Origin: Hydrurus foetidus
Lineage: Eukaryota
Assembly (NCBI GenBank): GCA_900617105.1
Contig: UYFQ01000032.1
Span: 558,001-622,000, forward strand
Direction: 5' to 3'
Length of the DNA: 64,000 nt
Numbering within the stretch: the stretch's first letter is position 1; every line of letters starts with the position of its first letter. Made by a program: the position numbers and the translations under genes. Positions 10,482 through 20,335 of this stretch are shown here, in pieces. The notes under the pieces were generated by a model. It did no database searches, was not told the DNA's origin, and saw only the letters and a list, made by a program, of their open reading frames with translations.

Positions 10482-10555
10482 CGGTTGCACCGCCCTCCCT
10501 CTTCGTCCCCCTGATAAACCAACGCTTTCCCGCTTTTCCTTTTTGAACGCCTCCT

Positions 10556-12127
10556 ATGAACGCTCTGATCTCTGTCTCCGATAAAACCGGCATCGTCGAA
10601 TTTGCCCGTGCCCTGCACGCCCTGGGTATCCACCTCATCTCTACGGGCGGCACGGCCAAATTACTCGCCGAGCAAGGCTTGCCCTGCAAAGAAGTGGCCG
10701 AAGTCACCGGCTTCCCTGAAATGCTCGATGGCCGCGTCAAAACCCTGCACCCGCTGGTGCATGGCGGTCTGCTGGCCCGACGTGATGTACCCGAGCACAT
10801 GGCTGCGCTCAAAGCGCACAACATCGACACCATCGACCTGCTGGTGGTGAACCTCTACCCCTTTGAAGCCACCGTCGCCAAGCCCGGCTGCACACTGGAA
10901 GATGCCATTGAAAACATCGACATCGGCGGCCCCGCGATGGTGCGCAGTGCCGCCAAAAACTGGAAAGACGTGGCCGTGCTGACCGATGCCAGCCAGTACG
11001 CAGGCGTGTTGGCCGAACTCACCGCCAGCGGGAGCGTCAGCAACAAGACCAAGTTTGCCCTCTCGGTGGCTGCGTTCAACCGCATCAGCCAGTACGACGG
11101 TGCGATCAGCGACTACCTTTCCGCGATCAACGAAGACGGCAGCCACGCCGGCTTCCCTGGCCAGTCGAATGGCCGCTTCGTCAAGCTGCAAGACCTGCGT
11201 TACGGCGAAAACCCCCACCAGCAGGCCGCCTTTTACCGCGACCTGTACCCCGCCCCCGGCTCGCTGGTCACAGCGGTTCAGTTGCAAGGCAAAGAGCTGA
11301 GCTACAACAACATCGCCGATGCCGATGCGGCTTGGGAATGCGTCAAGAGCTTTGATGTGCCAGCCTGTGTCATCGTCAAGCACGCCAACCCCTGCGGCGT
11401 AGCCGTGGGTGCGGATGCACTGGAAGCCTACAGCAAGGCGTTCAAGACCGACCCCACCTCCGCTTTTGGTGGCATTATTGCCTTCAACCGCACAGTGGGA
11501 GAGCTTGAGGCGCTACAAATATCAAAGCAATTTGTTGAGGTGCTGATGGCCCCCGGCTACACGCTAGAAGCGCTGGAAGTGTTCAAAGCCAAGGCCAATG
11601 TGCGTGTTTTGAAGATTGCCCTGCCCACGGGCGGCGCAACCGCTTGGGAACAAGGCCGCAATGCGCAAGACGTGAAGCGCATCGGCTCGGGCCTGCTGAT
11701 CCAAAGCGCCGACAACCACGAGTTGACGCTGGCTGACCTGAAAGTCGTCACAAAAACCCAACCCTCGCCCCAGCAACTCCAAGACCTGCTGTTCGCCTGG
11801 AAAGTCGCCAAGTACGTCAAAAGCAATGCCATCGTTTTCTGTGCTAATGGCATGACGATGGGCGTGGGTGCAGGTCAAATGAGCCGTTTGGATTCCGCCC
11901 GCATCGCCAGCATCAAGGCCGGTCACGCCGGTTTGAGCTTGGCAGGCACAGCCGTCGCCAGCGATGCCTTCTTCCCGTTCCGCGATGGTTTGGACGTGGT
12001 GGTAGACGCAGGTGCGACTTGCGTGATCCAACCCGGTGGCTCCATGCGCGACGGCGAAGTGATCGCCGCTGCGGACGAACGCGGCGTGGCGATGGTGTTC
12101 TCAGGGGTGCGGCACTTCCGGCATTGA
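10556..12127 (+). CDS. purH: AICAR formyltransferase/IMP cyclohydrolase
   Basis: [40 protein letters not shown] end. Confidence 0.98.
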   Translation: MNALISVSDKTGIVEFARALHALGIHLISTGGTAKLLAEQGLPCKEVAEVTGFPEMLDGRVKTLHPLVHGGLLARRDVPEHMAALKAHNIDTIDLLVVNLYPFEATVAKPGCTLEDAIENIDIGGPAMVRSAAKNWKDVAVLTDASQYAGVLAELTASGSVSNKTKFALSVAAFNRISQYDGAISDYLSAINEDGSHAGFPGQSNGRFVKLQDLRYGENPHQQAAFYRDLYPAPGSLVTAVQLQGKELSYNNIADADAAWECVKSFDVPACVIVKHANPCGVAVGADALEAYSKAFKTDPTSAFGGIIAFNRTVGELEALQISKQFVEVLMAPGYTLEALEVFKAKANVRVLKIALPTGGATAWEQGRNAQDVKRIGSGLLIQSADNHELTLADLKVVTKTQPSPQQLQDLLFAWKVAKYVKSNAIVFCANGMTMGVGAGQMSRLDSARIASIKAGHAGLSLAGTAVASDAFFPFRDGLDVVVDAGATCVIQPGGSMRDGEVIAAADERGVAMVFSGVRHFRH

Positions 12128-12149
12128 GCGCCTACAAATTAGACAACGC

Positions 12150-12602
12150 TTATGCTGAGCGCATGTCCGTGTTGCGTGCAGTGCCCAGCAAAGTAGCGCA
12201 AAGGGTTTCCTCGCCACTTTGGCTTACGGCATAAACCTCGGCTGCGCACACTGTCAGCAGTTTGCCAGCATGCACGACCCGACCTCTTGCTCGCAACAAA
12301 ATGCCTTTTGCAGGAGCCACCAGTTTGAGTGTGGCATCCACGGTGGCATTGATCCATCCCGGCGGCAGCAACGTACCCGCTGCGCCTACGGCGGCAAAGT
12401 CGGCAATGGCGAACACGGGTGTCGCCTGCAATTGACCCGGCCTAAAGGAAAAGGCATCCGTCACCGGTATCTCCAGCTCAACGTGTCCGGGGGAACTGCT
12501 GCAAAAGCGCAAACCCAACGTGTGCGCCATCGGCATGGCTAAAACCATTTGCTCCAGCTTTTCCAAGTGGGCAGGTGTCGTCGTGGCGGTATTTGAGGTC
12601 AT
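12150..12602 (-). CDS. PaaI-family thioesterase
   Basis: Hot-dog-fold pattern (PMAHTLG...IADFAA...LVAPAKG..LRARGRVV); ATG overlaps the MerR stop. Confidence 0.82.
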   Translation of the reverse strand: MTSNTATTTPAHLEKLEQMVLAMPMAHTLGLRFCSSSPGHVELEIPVTDAFSFRPGQLQATPVFAIADFAAVGAAGTLLPPGWINATVDATLKLVAPAKGILLRARGRVVHAGKLLTVCAAEVYAVSQSGEETLCATLLGTARNTDMRSA

Positions 12603-12988
12603 GTTTTTTCCTTTTGAGGTTGAGTTTTCAGAAACACTTGGGTTCGCTGTTGCTCGATCCACGCAATGTGATCGACTGCTTTTTTGCGTTGCGTCTTCAA
12701 TGAGATCATCTGTTGATCGATATCGGTGATGCGGGTTTGCATCACGTCGGTCAAGGCGCTCCATGTCAGTCGCCCGGCGCGGTAAGACGGAAGTACTTCG
12801 GCTATGGCCTTGAGTGAAAACCCAATCTCACGGGACATGGCGATAAAAATGACCTCGCGCCGCATGGACTCGGGGTAATCGCGGTAGCCGCTGGGGCTGC
12901 GCGGAGGATGAATGAGGCCGACACGCTCATAGTGGCGTAGGGCATGTACAGATACACCGGCACTTTTGGCGAGTTCAGAAATTTGCAT
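12599..12988 (-). CDS. MerR-family transcriptional regulator
   Basis: MQISELAKSAGVSVHALRHYERVGLI...SGYRDY...GFSLKAI. Confidence 0.92.
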   Translation of the reverse strand: MQISELAKSAGVSVHALRHYERVGLIHPPRSPSGYRDYPESMRREVIFIAMSREIGFSLKAIAEVLPSYRAGRLTWSALTDVMQTRITDIDQQMISLKTQRKKAVDHIAWIEQQRTQVFLKTQPQKEKT

Positions 12989-12994
12989 GCCCCA

Positions 12995-13025
12995 AGCTTA
13001 GCAAGCCTCGCCTTGCACGAAGCCA
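12995..13025 (-). promoter_or_regulatory. Putative MerR-type promoter with 19-bp spacer containing an inverted repeat
   Basis: Minus strand TGGCTT-N19-TAAGCT-N6-ATG; spacer contains GCAAG-N6-CTTGC. Confidence 0.45.
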
Positions 13026-13108
13026 GTCGCTGTTGTCACGCAGGTGACGATTCGGATATCTACTGAATTCAGATATGACAAGGAATCGGCTCAGTGCCGC
13101 ATCACAAG

Positions 13109-13150
13109 CGCTTATGACGACAGCAACTGAAATACCTCTGCGGCGGCGGC
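13109..13150 (-). repeat. Diverged duplicate of the hemL 3' end (att-like direct repeat of 17578-17619)
   Basis: 37/42 nt identical; encodes [12 protein letters not shown] versus hem[13 protein letters not shown]. Confidence 0.85.
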
Positions 13151-13157
13151 TTTGCCA

Positions 13158-14042
13158 TCACAGCTGAAGAATGCGCCGCGCCTCCGACAGGGGCAGTTGC
13201 GCGATGGTGGCGATCTGCTCAAGTGGCATGCCACTGACATGCAGGGCGTGGATCATTTCTGCTTTACCTTTCTCCATCCCTTTCTCCATCCCTTGTGCCA
13301 ACCCTTCTGCCTTACCTTTCTCCAGCGTGTCTTCCATGATGCTGCTTTGGACGCGCATTTTGTCGAGATCGTCGTGGTAGGCGTCGAGCTGTCTGGGGGT
13401 GAGCTTGGCGGTTTCCATCAGAGTGAGTGCTTCTGCGATATCTGCATTGGCGAGCATTTCGGCATCGGGTTCTCCCTGTCCGATTTCGCTTAAGAAACGC
13501 AGCCACAGGGCTTGCATGCGTCTTGTGCTGAAGGTGGTGGCTTTGAACTTGGGGATTTCAACCAAGACGAATTGCAGTCCTTCCAAGGTCTCTTGCGGGT
13601 CTTGAACGTCGGAGACGGTGTAGTGGTGGTAATACTCGTCTGTGTCGCGGCGGAATTGGTCATTGATCATGGCCAAGACGTAGACGGGTTGCAACTTGCC
13701 GTAGCTCTGACCCGCCGCAAGTTGCTTGACATAGGCCTGTGCCCCGGCAAAGACGATGCGGCTGGCAAAGGAGGGTATCCACAGCATTTGCATCTCTACG
13801 ATGAAGATGCGCCCTTGGGTGTCGGTGCATTTGACATCGACGATGGAATACTTCATCAAGCCGGGGATCTCGGGGACTTGTTCTGGTGTGAGGTATTCGA
13901 GTTGGGTGATTTCTCGCCCTTCGGGCAGGGGCAGCATGGCGTTCAAGAAGCTGCGCAGCAGGTGCTCATGCTCGCCAAAAATGCGCTTGAACGCGAGGTC
14001 TACTTTGGGGTCTAGGTAGCGGCTGCTGAAGAGGCTGTTCAT
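13158..14042 (-). CDS. Rpn-family recombination-promoting nuclease / PD-(D/E)XK putative transposase
   Basis: LDPKVDLAFKRIFG, SIVDVKC..FIVEMQ, LVEIPKF, WLRFL, C-terminal EKGKAEG/GMEKG repeats and small HTH; ATG 14042. Confidence 0.9.
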   Translation of the reverse strand: MNSLFSSRYLDPKVDLAFKRIFGEHEHLLRSFLNAMLPLPEGREITQLEYLTPEQVPEIPGLMKYSIVDVKCTDTQGRIFIVEMQMLWIPSFASRIVFAGAQAYVKQLAAGQSYGKLQPVYVLAMINDQFRRDTDEYYHHYTVSDVQDPQETLEGLQFVLVEIPKFKATTFSTRRMQALWLRFLSEIGQGEPDAEMLANADIAEALTLMETAKLTPRQLDAYHDDLDKMRVQSSIMEDTLEKGKAEGLAQGMEKGMEKGKAEMIHALHVSGMPLEQIATIAQLPLSEARRILQL

Positions 14043-14214
14043 AGCGGGGCTTTCTGCGGGGAACGTGGAAGAATTATCCCATTCATCACCCATGACGCAG
14101 GTGCGACTTTTGAGTTTCACGTTCCAAGCCAGAACTCGCGAGCACGAAGTAGACCCCTACGATACACTGCGGCAACACTTTGGTTCCTGAGAAAAACCTA
14201 AACCTGTTGTTTTC

Positions 14215-16482
14215 ATGAATTTTTTGCAAATGTGGCTGACTCGCTTGGTGGAGTCGGGCTTTTCAAGCACCGACGATGCGGATTTGCGACTTAAAAAACT
14301 GGTGTTAACTCTGGTTCCACTGATTATTGGCCCGGCTGCTTTTATGTGGGGCGTGATCTACTTTTATCTAGGGCATTCGCTCTCGGGTTCGATCCCGATG
14401 TTTTATGCGCTGGTGTCTGTAGCGAGCCTAGTCTATTTCTTCAAGACCCAAAAGACCGACTTTATTCAGATTAGCCAGTTGTTGCTGGTGCTGCTCTTGC
14501 CTTTCTTTCTCATGTGGTCTTTGGGTGGGTTTGCTGCCGGTAGCATGGTGATGATCTGGGCCATTTTTGCACCCATTGCCGCCCTGATGTTTCTGGAAAA
14601 ACACGCAGCCTTGCTGTGGTTTTTTGCATATCTCGGACTGATTGTGGTGTCAGTGCTGTTGGATGACTATGTGGCTGCTAGCACACCGTTGCTGCCTGAA
14701 ATGGCCAGACGAATTTTTTACCTGCTCAATCTCGGTTCCGGTTCAGCAGGACTCTATTTGCTGGTGTCGTATTCCATCAATGAAGAAAAGCGCACCATCA
14801 AAGCCAATTTGCGTGTAGCGGCAACCGCCTTTGAGTCGCAGGCCGGGATGATGGTTGCCGATGCATCAGGCTTGATCCTTCGCGTTAACCGGGCATTTAC
14901 CGAGATCACCGGCTACAGCAGTGTGGAGGTTGTAGGCAAGTCGCCCTCCATTGTCAGCTCTGGTCACCACGATGCAGCCTTTTTCGCAGCCATGTGGGAG
15001 GGAATCAACGGTACGGGAGTTTGGGAGGGTGAAATATGGAATCGCCGCAAGTCGGGTGAGGTCTATCCTGAGTGGTTGATGATTACCGCTGTCAGAGATG
15101 ATGCAGGGCGGCCTACCAACTATGTGGCTACCTTTACTGACATTACTTCACGCAAGAGCGCCGAAGATGAAATACGTAAACTGGCTTTTTATGACCTGCT
15201 GACAGGTTTGCCCAATCGCAGACTGCTGATGGAGCGACTCAACCGAGCCATCGTCGCCAGCACCCGCAGCGAAAACCACAGTGCTTTGCTGTTTCTGGAT
15301 TTGGATAACTTTAAAACCATCAACGACACGCTGGGTCATGATGTGGGCGATCATTTGCTCCAGCAGGTGGGGCAGCGGTTGGTGGCCTGCGTACGCGAGG
15401 GCGATACGGTGGCACGTCTGGGTGGCGATGAGTTTGTTGTGATTTTCGAAGGCTTGAGTGAAAGCCTGCAAGAGGCGACCACGCAGGTAGAGGCCGTCGG
15501 CGAAAAAATTCTGCATGCACTGAACCAGACCTATCGGCTAGCCCAGACCTTACACCAGAGCACACCGAGTATAGGTGTCACCCTGTTTGCCAACCACCAT
15601 GGTTCGACTGATGAATTGCTCAAACGCGCCGATTTGGCCATGTACCAGGCCAAGGCGGCAGGCCGCAACACCATGCGGTTTTTTGATCCCGTCATGCAAA
15701 CGGCGGTGAATAGCCGGGCCGCTTTAGCTGCGGACTTGCGACAAGCCATTTTGCAAAACCAGTTTTTGTTGCACTACCAGCCACAGATCGATAGCTCGGG
15801 GCGTACCACAGGTGCCGAGGCCTTGTTACGATGGCTGCATCCCCATCGTGGCCTGGTGTCGCCGATGGAATTTATTCCCCTAGCCGAAGAGTCCGGCATG
15901 ATTATTCCAATCGGACAATGGGTGCTGCAAACAGCATGTGCACAGCTGGCTTGCTGGGCGACGCGGCCACATATGTCTGAGCTGACCATTTCGGTAAATG
16001 TCAGTGCACGTCAAATTCATCATGTCGACTTCGTTGCTCAGGTTGTTGCCCTGCTGGAGCAGACCGGCGCAAAACCCACACGGCTCAAACTGGAGCTGAC
16101 CGAGAGTATGCTAGTTGACGACGTGGAAGAAGTGATCGAAAAAATGACAAGCCTCAAGGAAAAAGGGGTGAGGTTTTCGTTGGATGACTTTGGTACGGGG
16201 TACTCTTCACTTTCCTACCTGAAACGCTTGCCGCTGGATCAGCTCAAAATTGACCAGAGCTTTATCCGTGACATTCTGGTCGATCACAACGACGCTGCCA
16301 TTGCCAAGATGGTGATTGCGCTGGCAGAGAGCATGGGGCTAGATGTGATTGCGGAGGGTGTTGAAATACAGGCACAAAGAGAATTTCTGGCTCTCAATGG
16401 TTGCCATGCTTATCAGGGGTATCTGTTCAGTCGCCCCATACCGATTGATGCTTTTGATGCGTTGCGATGGCAACCGGAGTGA
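14215..16482 (+). CDS. Membrane-anchored PAS-GGDEF-EAL c-di-GMP enzyme
   Basis: About 6 N-terminal TM segments, PAS (VNRAFTEITGY..WEGEIWNRRKSGE), ARLGGDEF, AEALLRW, DDFGTGYSSL. Confidence 0.93.
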   Translation: MNFLQMWLTRLVESGFSSTDDADLRLKKLVLTLVPLIIGPAAFMWGVIYFYLGHSLSGSIPMFYALVSVASLVYFFKTQKTDFIQISQLLLVLLLPFFLMWSLGGFAAGSMVMIWAIFAPIAALMFLEKHAALLWFFAYLGLIVVSVLLDDYVAASTPLLPEMARRIFYLLNLGSGSAGLYLLVSYSINEEKRTIKANLRVAATAFESQAGMMVADASGLILRVNRAFTEITGYSSVEVVGKSPSIVSSGHHDAAFFAAMWEGINGTGVWEGEIWNRRKSGEVYPEWLMITAVRDDAGRPTNYVATFTDITSRKSAEDEIRKLAFYDLLTGLPNRRLLMERLNRAIVASTRSENHSALLFLDLDNFKTINDTLGHDVGDHLLQQVGQRLVACVREGDTVARLGGDEFVVIFEGLSESLQEATTQVEAVGEKILHALNQTYRLAQTLHQSTPSIGVTLFANHHGSTDELLKRADLAMYQAKAAGRNTMRFFDPVMQTAVNSRAALAADLRQAILQNQFLLHYQPQIDSSGRTTGAEALLRWLHPHRGLVSPMEFIPLAEESGMIIPIGQWVLQTACAQLACWATRPHMSELTISVNVSARQIHHVDFVAQVVALLEQTGAKPTRLKLELTESMLVDDVEEVIEKMTSLKEKGVRFSLDDFGTGYSSLSYLKRLPLDQLKIDQSFIRDILVDHNDAAIAKMVIALAESMGLDVIAEGVEIQAQREFLALNGCHAYQGYLFSRPIPIDAFDALRWQPE

Positions 16483-16656
16483 TGTAGAAGGTCGTTAAGC
16501 CGGATTTCTATTGGTGTTTTTGCTGGATGCTACATGGGAGCGAATGGCAGCTCCCGGCCCAAAGGAGCCGACCAGTTTTATCCGAACCGGTCACCCAAAT
16601 TTGAACGTCGGGTCTGAATCAAAACGTAGACCCGCATTGCCGAGCAATGTACATCT

Positions 16657-16950
16657 CTACATTGCTTGGCACGCGGGCCATGGGTGGGCGATGTCTGTGT
16701 GGCGGCCAAGCACGGTCTCAAACAGGAAGCGGCTGGCACTGGAGGCGTGGTTGACGCTGCTGTAGGAGAGTTTGCGGTCTTTGACCAGATGCAACAAGTA
16801 GGCTTCTATCTCGACGGGCGAGAGCAGATCCGGGCTTCGATGGTAATGGCGTGCCAAATGGGCAACGGCATCGACGTAGCACTCTTTGGTGCGCTCGGCC
16901 AGTCCGCGTACGGTCATGGCGTCAAGCATGCGTTGGCGTAACGGTATCAT
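16657..16950 (-). pseudogene. Truncated tyrosine recombinase (phage-integrase N-terminal SAM-like domain only)
   Basis: MIPLRQRMLDAMTVRGLAERTKECY..SPDLLSPVEIEAYLLHL..SYSSVNHASSASRFLF; continuation PMARVP is in another frame; no catalytic domain; GGAG SD. Confidence 0.8.
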
Positions 16951-17065
16951 GAGAACTCTCCTGCAAGGCCGGGGAACACTCCCCAGCCACAAGGTTTCTC
17001 CTGAACGACTGATTGCGCAAGCACTGCACCAAACAAAACGCGGTGACGGTCTTAGCAGACCACCA

Positions 17066-17102
17066 CCGCGTCAGCGGTTTAGTTCAACCTTACTCGTTAG
17101 GT
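17066..17102 (-). other. attC-like half site / element end
   Basis: Minus strand ACCTAAC (RYYYAAC) at an ORF end, 7-nt spacer, GTTGAAC, then TAAA and the CCGC-TGAC-GCGG hairpin. Confidence 0.4.
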
Positions 17103-17522
17103 CTTTCCCCGCGAAGACTACCAATCAACAGGAAGATTTGCGCGGACAGCCAGACCCAAACTCCTGGTAACGCGAAAAGATTCGGAACCATTGTTTGGTA
17201 CCTAGGGCCGCCCGCAATCGAAAGACAAGGAAGAGAATGTTGGTGGCTGATGCCAGCACCATGAGCACCGGCGCGAACAGCCAAACAAAAGGTGAGATGA
17301 ACTGAATTGCGACTTCAGCACCAACGACGACTTTCAAGCCGCCTGCAGTGTTGGGAGGCATAGGCTCAGAAGCCAGAGAACTATGCCTATTCTTGAGCAG
17401 TATGGGGGCGCGGGAGTTGCAACCTCAGATAGCCGAGCACCGTCAGGGTTGAAAACAGTGCCACAAGCGTTGCATTCAAATGCGCCTGCGTTGAGAAAGT
17501 TCGAGCAATTCGGACAGAGCAC
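17090..17522 (-). pseudogene. Frameshifted zinc-ribbon plus membrane protein (cassette-like)
   Basis: GTG 17522 CPNC..ECNACG then a TM segment; hydrophobic continuation spread over three frames (ORFs 17334-, 17125-, 17090-). Confidence 0.45.
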
Positions 17523-17580
17523 GGAAGCTGTACACGCAAAGCCAAGCAATCCAATGACGGAAACACTTCCCGTGAACCGC

Positions 17581-18879
17581 TTATGCCGACAGCAATTGAA
17601 ATACCTCTGCCGCTGCTGCCACGGTAGCCGCAATGTCCGCGTCTGTATGCGCAGCGCTCACGAAGCCCGCCTCGTACAGCGCCGGGGCGATGTAGATGCC
17701 ACGGTCTAGCAGGCCGTGGAACAGGGTGTTGAACTTGGCGCTGTCGGTTTTCATCACCGTGGCGTAGTTCTGCGGCAAATCGGGGAAGAGGAAGAAACCG
17801 AACATGCCGCCTTGGCAGTCGGCGCTGAAAGGCACACCGGCCTGTGCGGCTGCGGCTTTGAGGCCGTCTACTAAGGAATGGGTTTTGGCTTCCAGTCCGG
17901 TCCAAAAACCGGGTTGTTGAATCTCTTTCAGTGTGGCCAACCCGCAAGCCGTGGCGACGGGGTTGCCGCTCAGTGTGCCTGCTTGGTAGACCGTGCCCAG
18001 CGGGGCCAGCAGGTTCATGACCTCGCGTTTGCCACCGAAGGCGGCCAGGGGCATGCCGCCACCGATGACTTTGCCCATCACCGTCATGTCTGGCTCAAAA
18101 CCGGGGATCTGCTGGGCGTAGACGGCTTGGGCACCGCCTAGGTGGACGCGAAAGCCAGTCATCACTTCGTCGAACACGAACAGTGCGCCATGCGCTGTAC
18201 ACAGCTCACGGCAGCGGCGCATGAAGGGCACGCTGGCCCGCACGAAGTTCATGTTGCCTGCGATGGGTTCGATCATCAGGCAGGCCAGCTCGGGGCCATG
18301 CAGGGCAAAGGCTTCTTCTAATTGCGGGATGTTGTTGTATTCCAGCACCAGGGTGTGCTGCACAACCTCAGGGGGTACACCGGCGCTGGTGGCGCTTCCA
18401 AACGTGGCGAGGCCGGAGCCGGCTTTCACCAGCAAGGCATCAGCATGGCCGTGGTAGCAGCCTTCAAACTTGATGAGTTTTTTACGGCCCGTGGCACCGC
18501 GTGCAAGGCGGATGGCGCTCATGGCGGCTTCGGTGCCTGAGCTGACCAAGCGCACCATGTCCATGCTGGGGACGAGTTTCAGGATTTCTTCAGCCAGTTC
18601 CACTTCGCGCTCGGTGGGGGCACCGAAGGAGAAGCCGTCGAGCATGGCTTTTTGAACCGCTTCGACCACGGCGGGGTGACCGTGACCCAAGATCATGGGG
18701 CCCCAGGATCCGATGTAGTCGATGTACGGCTTGCCGTTGGCATCCCAAAAATACGCGCCTTGGGCACGTTGGACAAAGCGGGGGGTGCCGCCCACGGCTT
18801 TGAAAGCACGCACGGGGGAGTTCACGCCGCCGGGGATGACGCGCTGGGCGCGCTCGAAGAGGGATTGGTTGTTGTCCAT
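17581..18879 (-). CDS. hemL: Glutamate-1-semialdehyde 2,1-aminomutase
   Basis: [48 protein letters not shown]. Confidence 0.98.
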   Translation of the reverse strand: MDNNQSLFERAQRVIPGGVNSPVRAFKAVGGTPRFVQRAQGAYFWDANGKPYIDYIGSWGPMILGHGHPAVVEAVQKAMLDGFSFGAPTEREVELAEEILKLVPSMDMVRLVSSGTEAAMSAIRLARGATGRKKLIKFEGCYHGHADALLVKAGSGLATFGSATSAGVPPEVVQHTLVLEYNNIPQLEEAFALHGPELACLMIEPIAGNMNFVRASVPFMRRCRELCTAHGALFVFDEVMTGFRVHLGGAQAVYAQQIPGFEPDMTVMGKVIGGGMPLAAFGGKREVMNLLAPLGTVYQAGTLSGNPVATACGLATLKEIQQPGFWTGLEAKTHSLVDGLKAAAAQAGVPFSADCQGGMFGFFLFPDLPQNYATVMKTDSAKFNTLFHGLLDRGIYIAPALYEAGFVSAAHTDADIAATVAAAAEVFQLLSA

Positions 18880-18920
18880 AAAGGGGGCTGCTCAGTAATC
18901 AGTAAAGACAGTAAGGGGGG

Positions 18921-19853
18921 TCAGTGGCGGGTTTCGTTGAAGGGGTTTTCAAAATCAGCGGGGCCAGGGGGGGTGGAATCGGCATCTTCTTCGTCGTCCT
19001 CCCCTTCCGCCCAGAACATGCGGTCAGGCACGATGCCGCCCATGCCGGGTCTAAAACCTGCGTTCAGGCACTGATCGAGGTAGCTCAAGGCTTCGGTGGT
19101 GGCTTCGGCCAGATCGCAGCCTGTGCCCAAGAGGGCGGCCAGCGCGGCGGAGAGGGTGTCGCCTGCCCCTAAGAAGCTGGCCTCAAAGCGCTCGAATTTG
19201 CCACTGACCAGCACGGTCTCAGGGGTGGCCAGTGCGTTTTCAGTGTGCTGATCGGGCAAGGGGATGCCGGTCACGAGGGTGTAAGACACGCCAAATTCGG
19301 AGGCTGCTCGGGCGATATCGCGGGCGCTGGGTGGGCGGTCGCTGGCCCAATCGGGCAGCAACCAGCGCCACAGCGTGCTGTGGTTGCCGGTCAGCACGGT
19401 GACTTGGGGCAACAGCATTTCGCGAAAAGCATCTTGGTAGGCGTCAATGTTGGCTTCGTCCCACCACGCGAGGTTAGGCATGTAGGCCACCACGGGCACT
19501 TCTTCGTAATCGCTGGTGATTTCGGCGATGGCGCTCAGGTTGTCGGCGCTGCCTACAAAGCCGATTTTGATGATTTGTACCGGCACGTCTTCCAAAATGG
19601 CGCGGGCTTGCTCGGTGACCGCATCTTCCTCAAAGGCGAAGTGGTCGATGATTTCCGTGGTGTCGCGGGCGTAGGCTCCGGTAGTGATGGGCAGGGCGTG
19701 GGCGCCTACCGAGGCGATGGTGGTGATGTCGGCAGACAAGCCACCCGCCCCGCTGGGGTCGCTGGCATTGAAGACCAGCACGCAAGCCGGGTGGGCCACG
19801 GCACCTTCATCTTCAACGGTGTCATCAACAGGATCGGGCAGGACAAAATTCAT
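18921..19853 (-). CDS. ThiD-like HMP/HMP-P kinase family protein
   Basis: SDPSGAGGLSAD, IKIG, GAGDTLSAALA; lies between hemL and rubredoxin. Confidence 0.8.
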   Translation of the reverse strand: MNFVLPDPVDDTVEDEGAVAHPACVLVFNASDPSGAGGLSADITTIASVGAHALPITTGAYARDTTEIIDHFAFEEDAVTEQARAILEDVPVQIIKIGFVGSADNLSAIAEITSDYEEVPVVAYMPNLAWWDEANIDAYQDAFREMLLPQVTVLTGNHSTLWRWLLPDWASDRPPSARDIARAASEFGVSYTLVTGIPLPDQHTENALATPETVLVSGKFERFEASFLGAGDTLSAALAALLGTGCDLAEATTEALSYLDQCLNAGFRPGMGGIVPDRMFWAEGEDDEEDADSTPPGPADFENPFNETRH

Positions 19854-20049
19854 GGGTAGGGTGCGCGGTCGTCCGGCTATGGAAGGGTTGAAGGGCTGTG
19901 GACAAGGCCAATAGCGGGTTAATACCGAGACAAACCGAGGTTAGACCCTGGCAAAAGCACCCTCGAAAAGGGCAAAGCGATGAAACTGCCTCTATACAAT
20001 CGCGCCATTGTATTTGTTGGCTTAGGAGCCAATAACCTTATAGAACCTG

Positions 20050-20241
20050 ATGGAAAGTGCCAAAGCTGTGATTGATTCTAAGACGTGGATGTGCCTGATT
20101 TGCGGTTGGATTTACGATGAAACCGAAGGCTCCCCTGAGCACGGTATCGCCGCTGGCACCGCGTGGGCCGCTGTGCCCATGAACTGGACTTGCCCTGAGT
20201 GCGGTGCCCGCAAGGAAGATTTTGAAATGGTGCAAATTTGA
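20050..20241 (+). CDS. Rubredoxin
   Basis: WMCLICGWIYDE..WTCPECGARKEDF. Confidence 0.95.
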   Translation: MESAKAVIDSKTWMCLICGWIYDETEGSPEHGIAAGTAWAAVPMNWTCPECGARKEDFEMVQI

Positions 20242-20335
20242 TCCTCATTCCGTTGCCTCTGGGGTTCGCTGAATGGGAAGGTGCGACTGCGTTATATGCG
20301 TGGCCGTTCATCTGCTGTTTTAAGGAGCGAGCAAC

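Larger units (their letters stand above)
13109..17619. mobile_element. Degraded genomic islet inserted at the hemL 3' end
   Basis: Bounded by the hemL-end direct repeat; contains Rpn, GGDEF/EAL, an integrase fragment and a pseudogene; more T-ending codons than the flanks. Confidence 0.65.

Noticed and set aside
13091..13100. tcagtgccgc as a possible duplicate of the purH end (RH-stop)
   Set aside because: Wrong strand and too short to be significant.
16494..16500. GTTAAGC as an attC core site after the GGDEF/EAL gene
   Set aside because: No complementary RYYYAAC partner or stem at a suitable distance.
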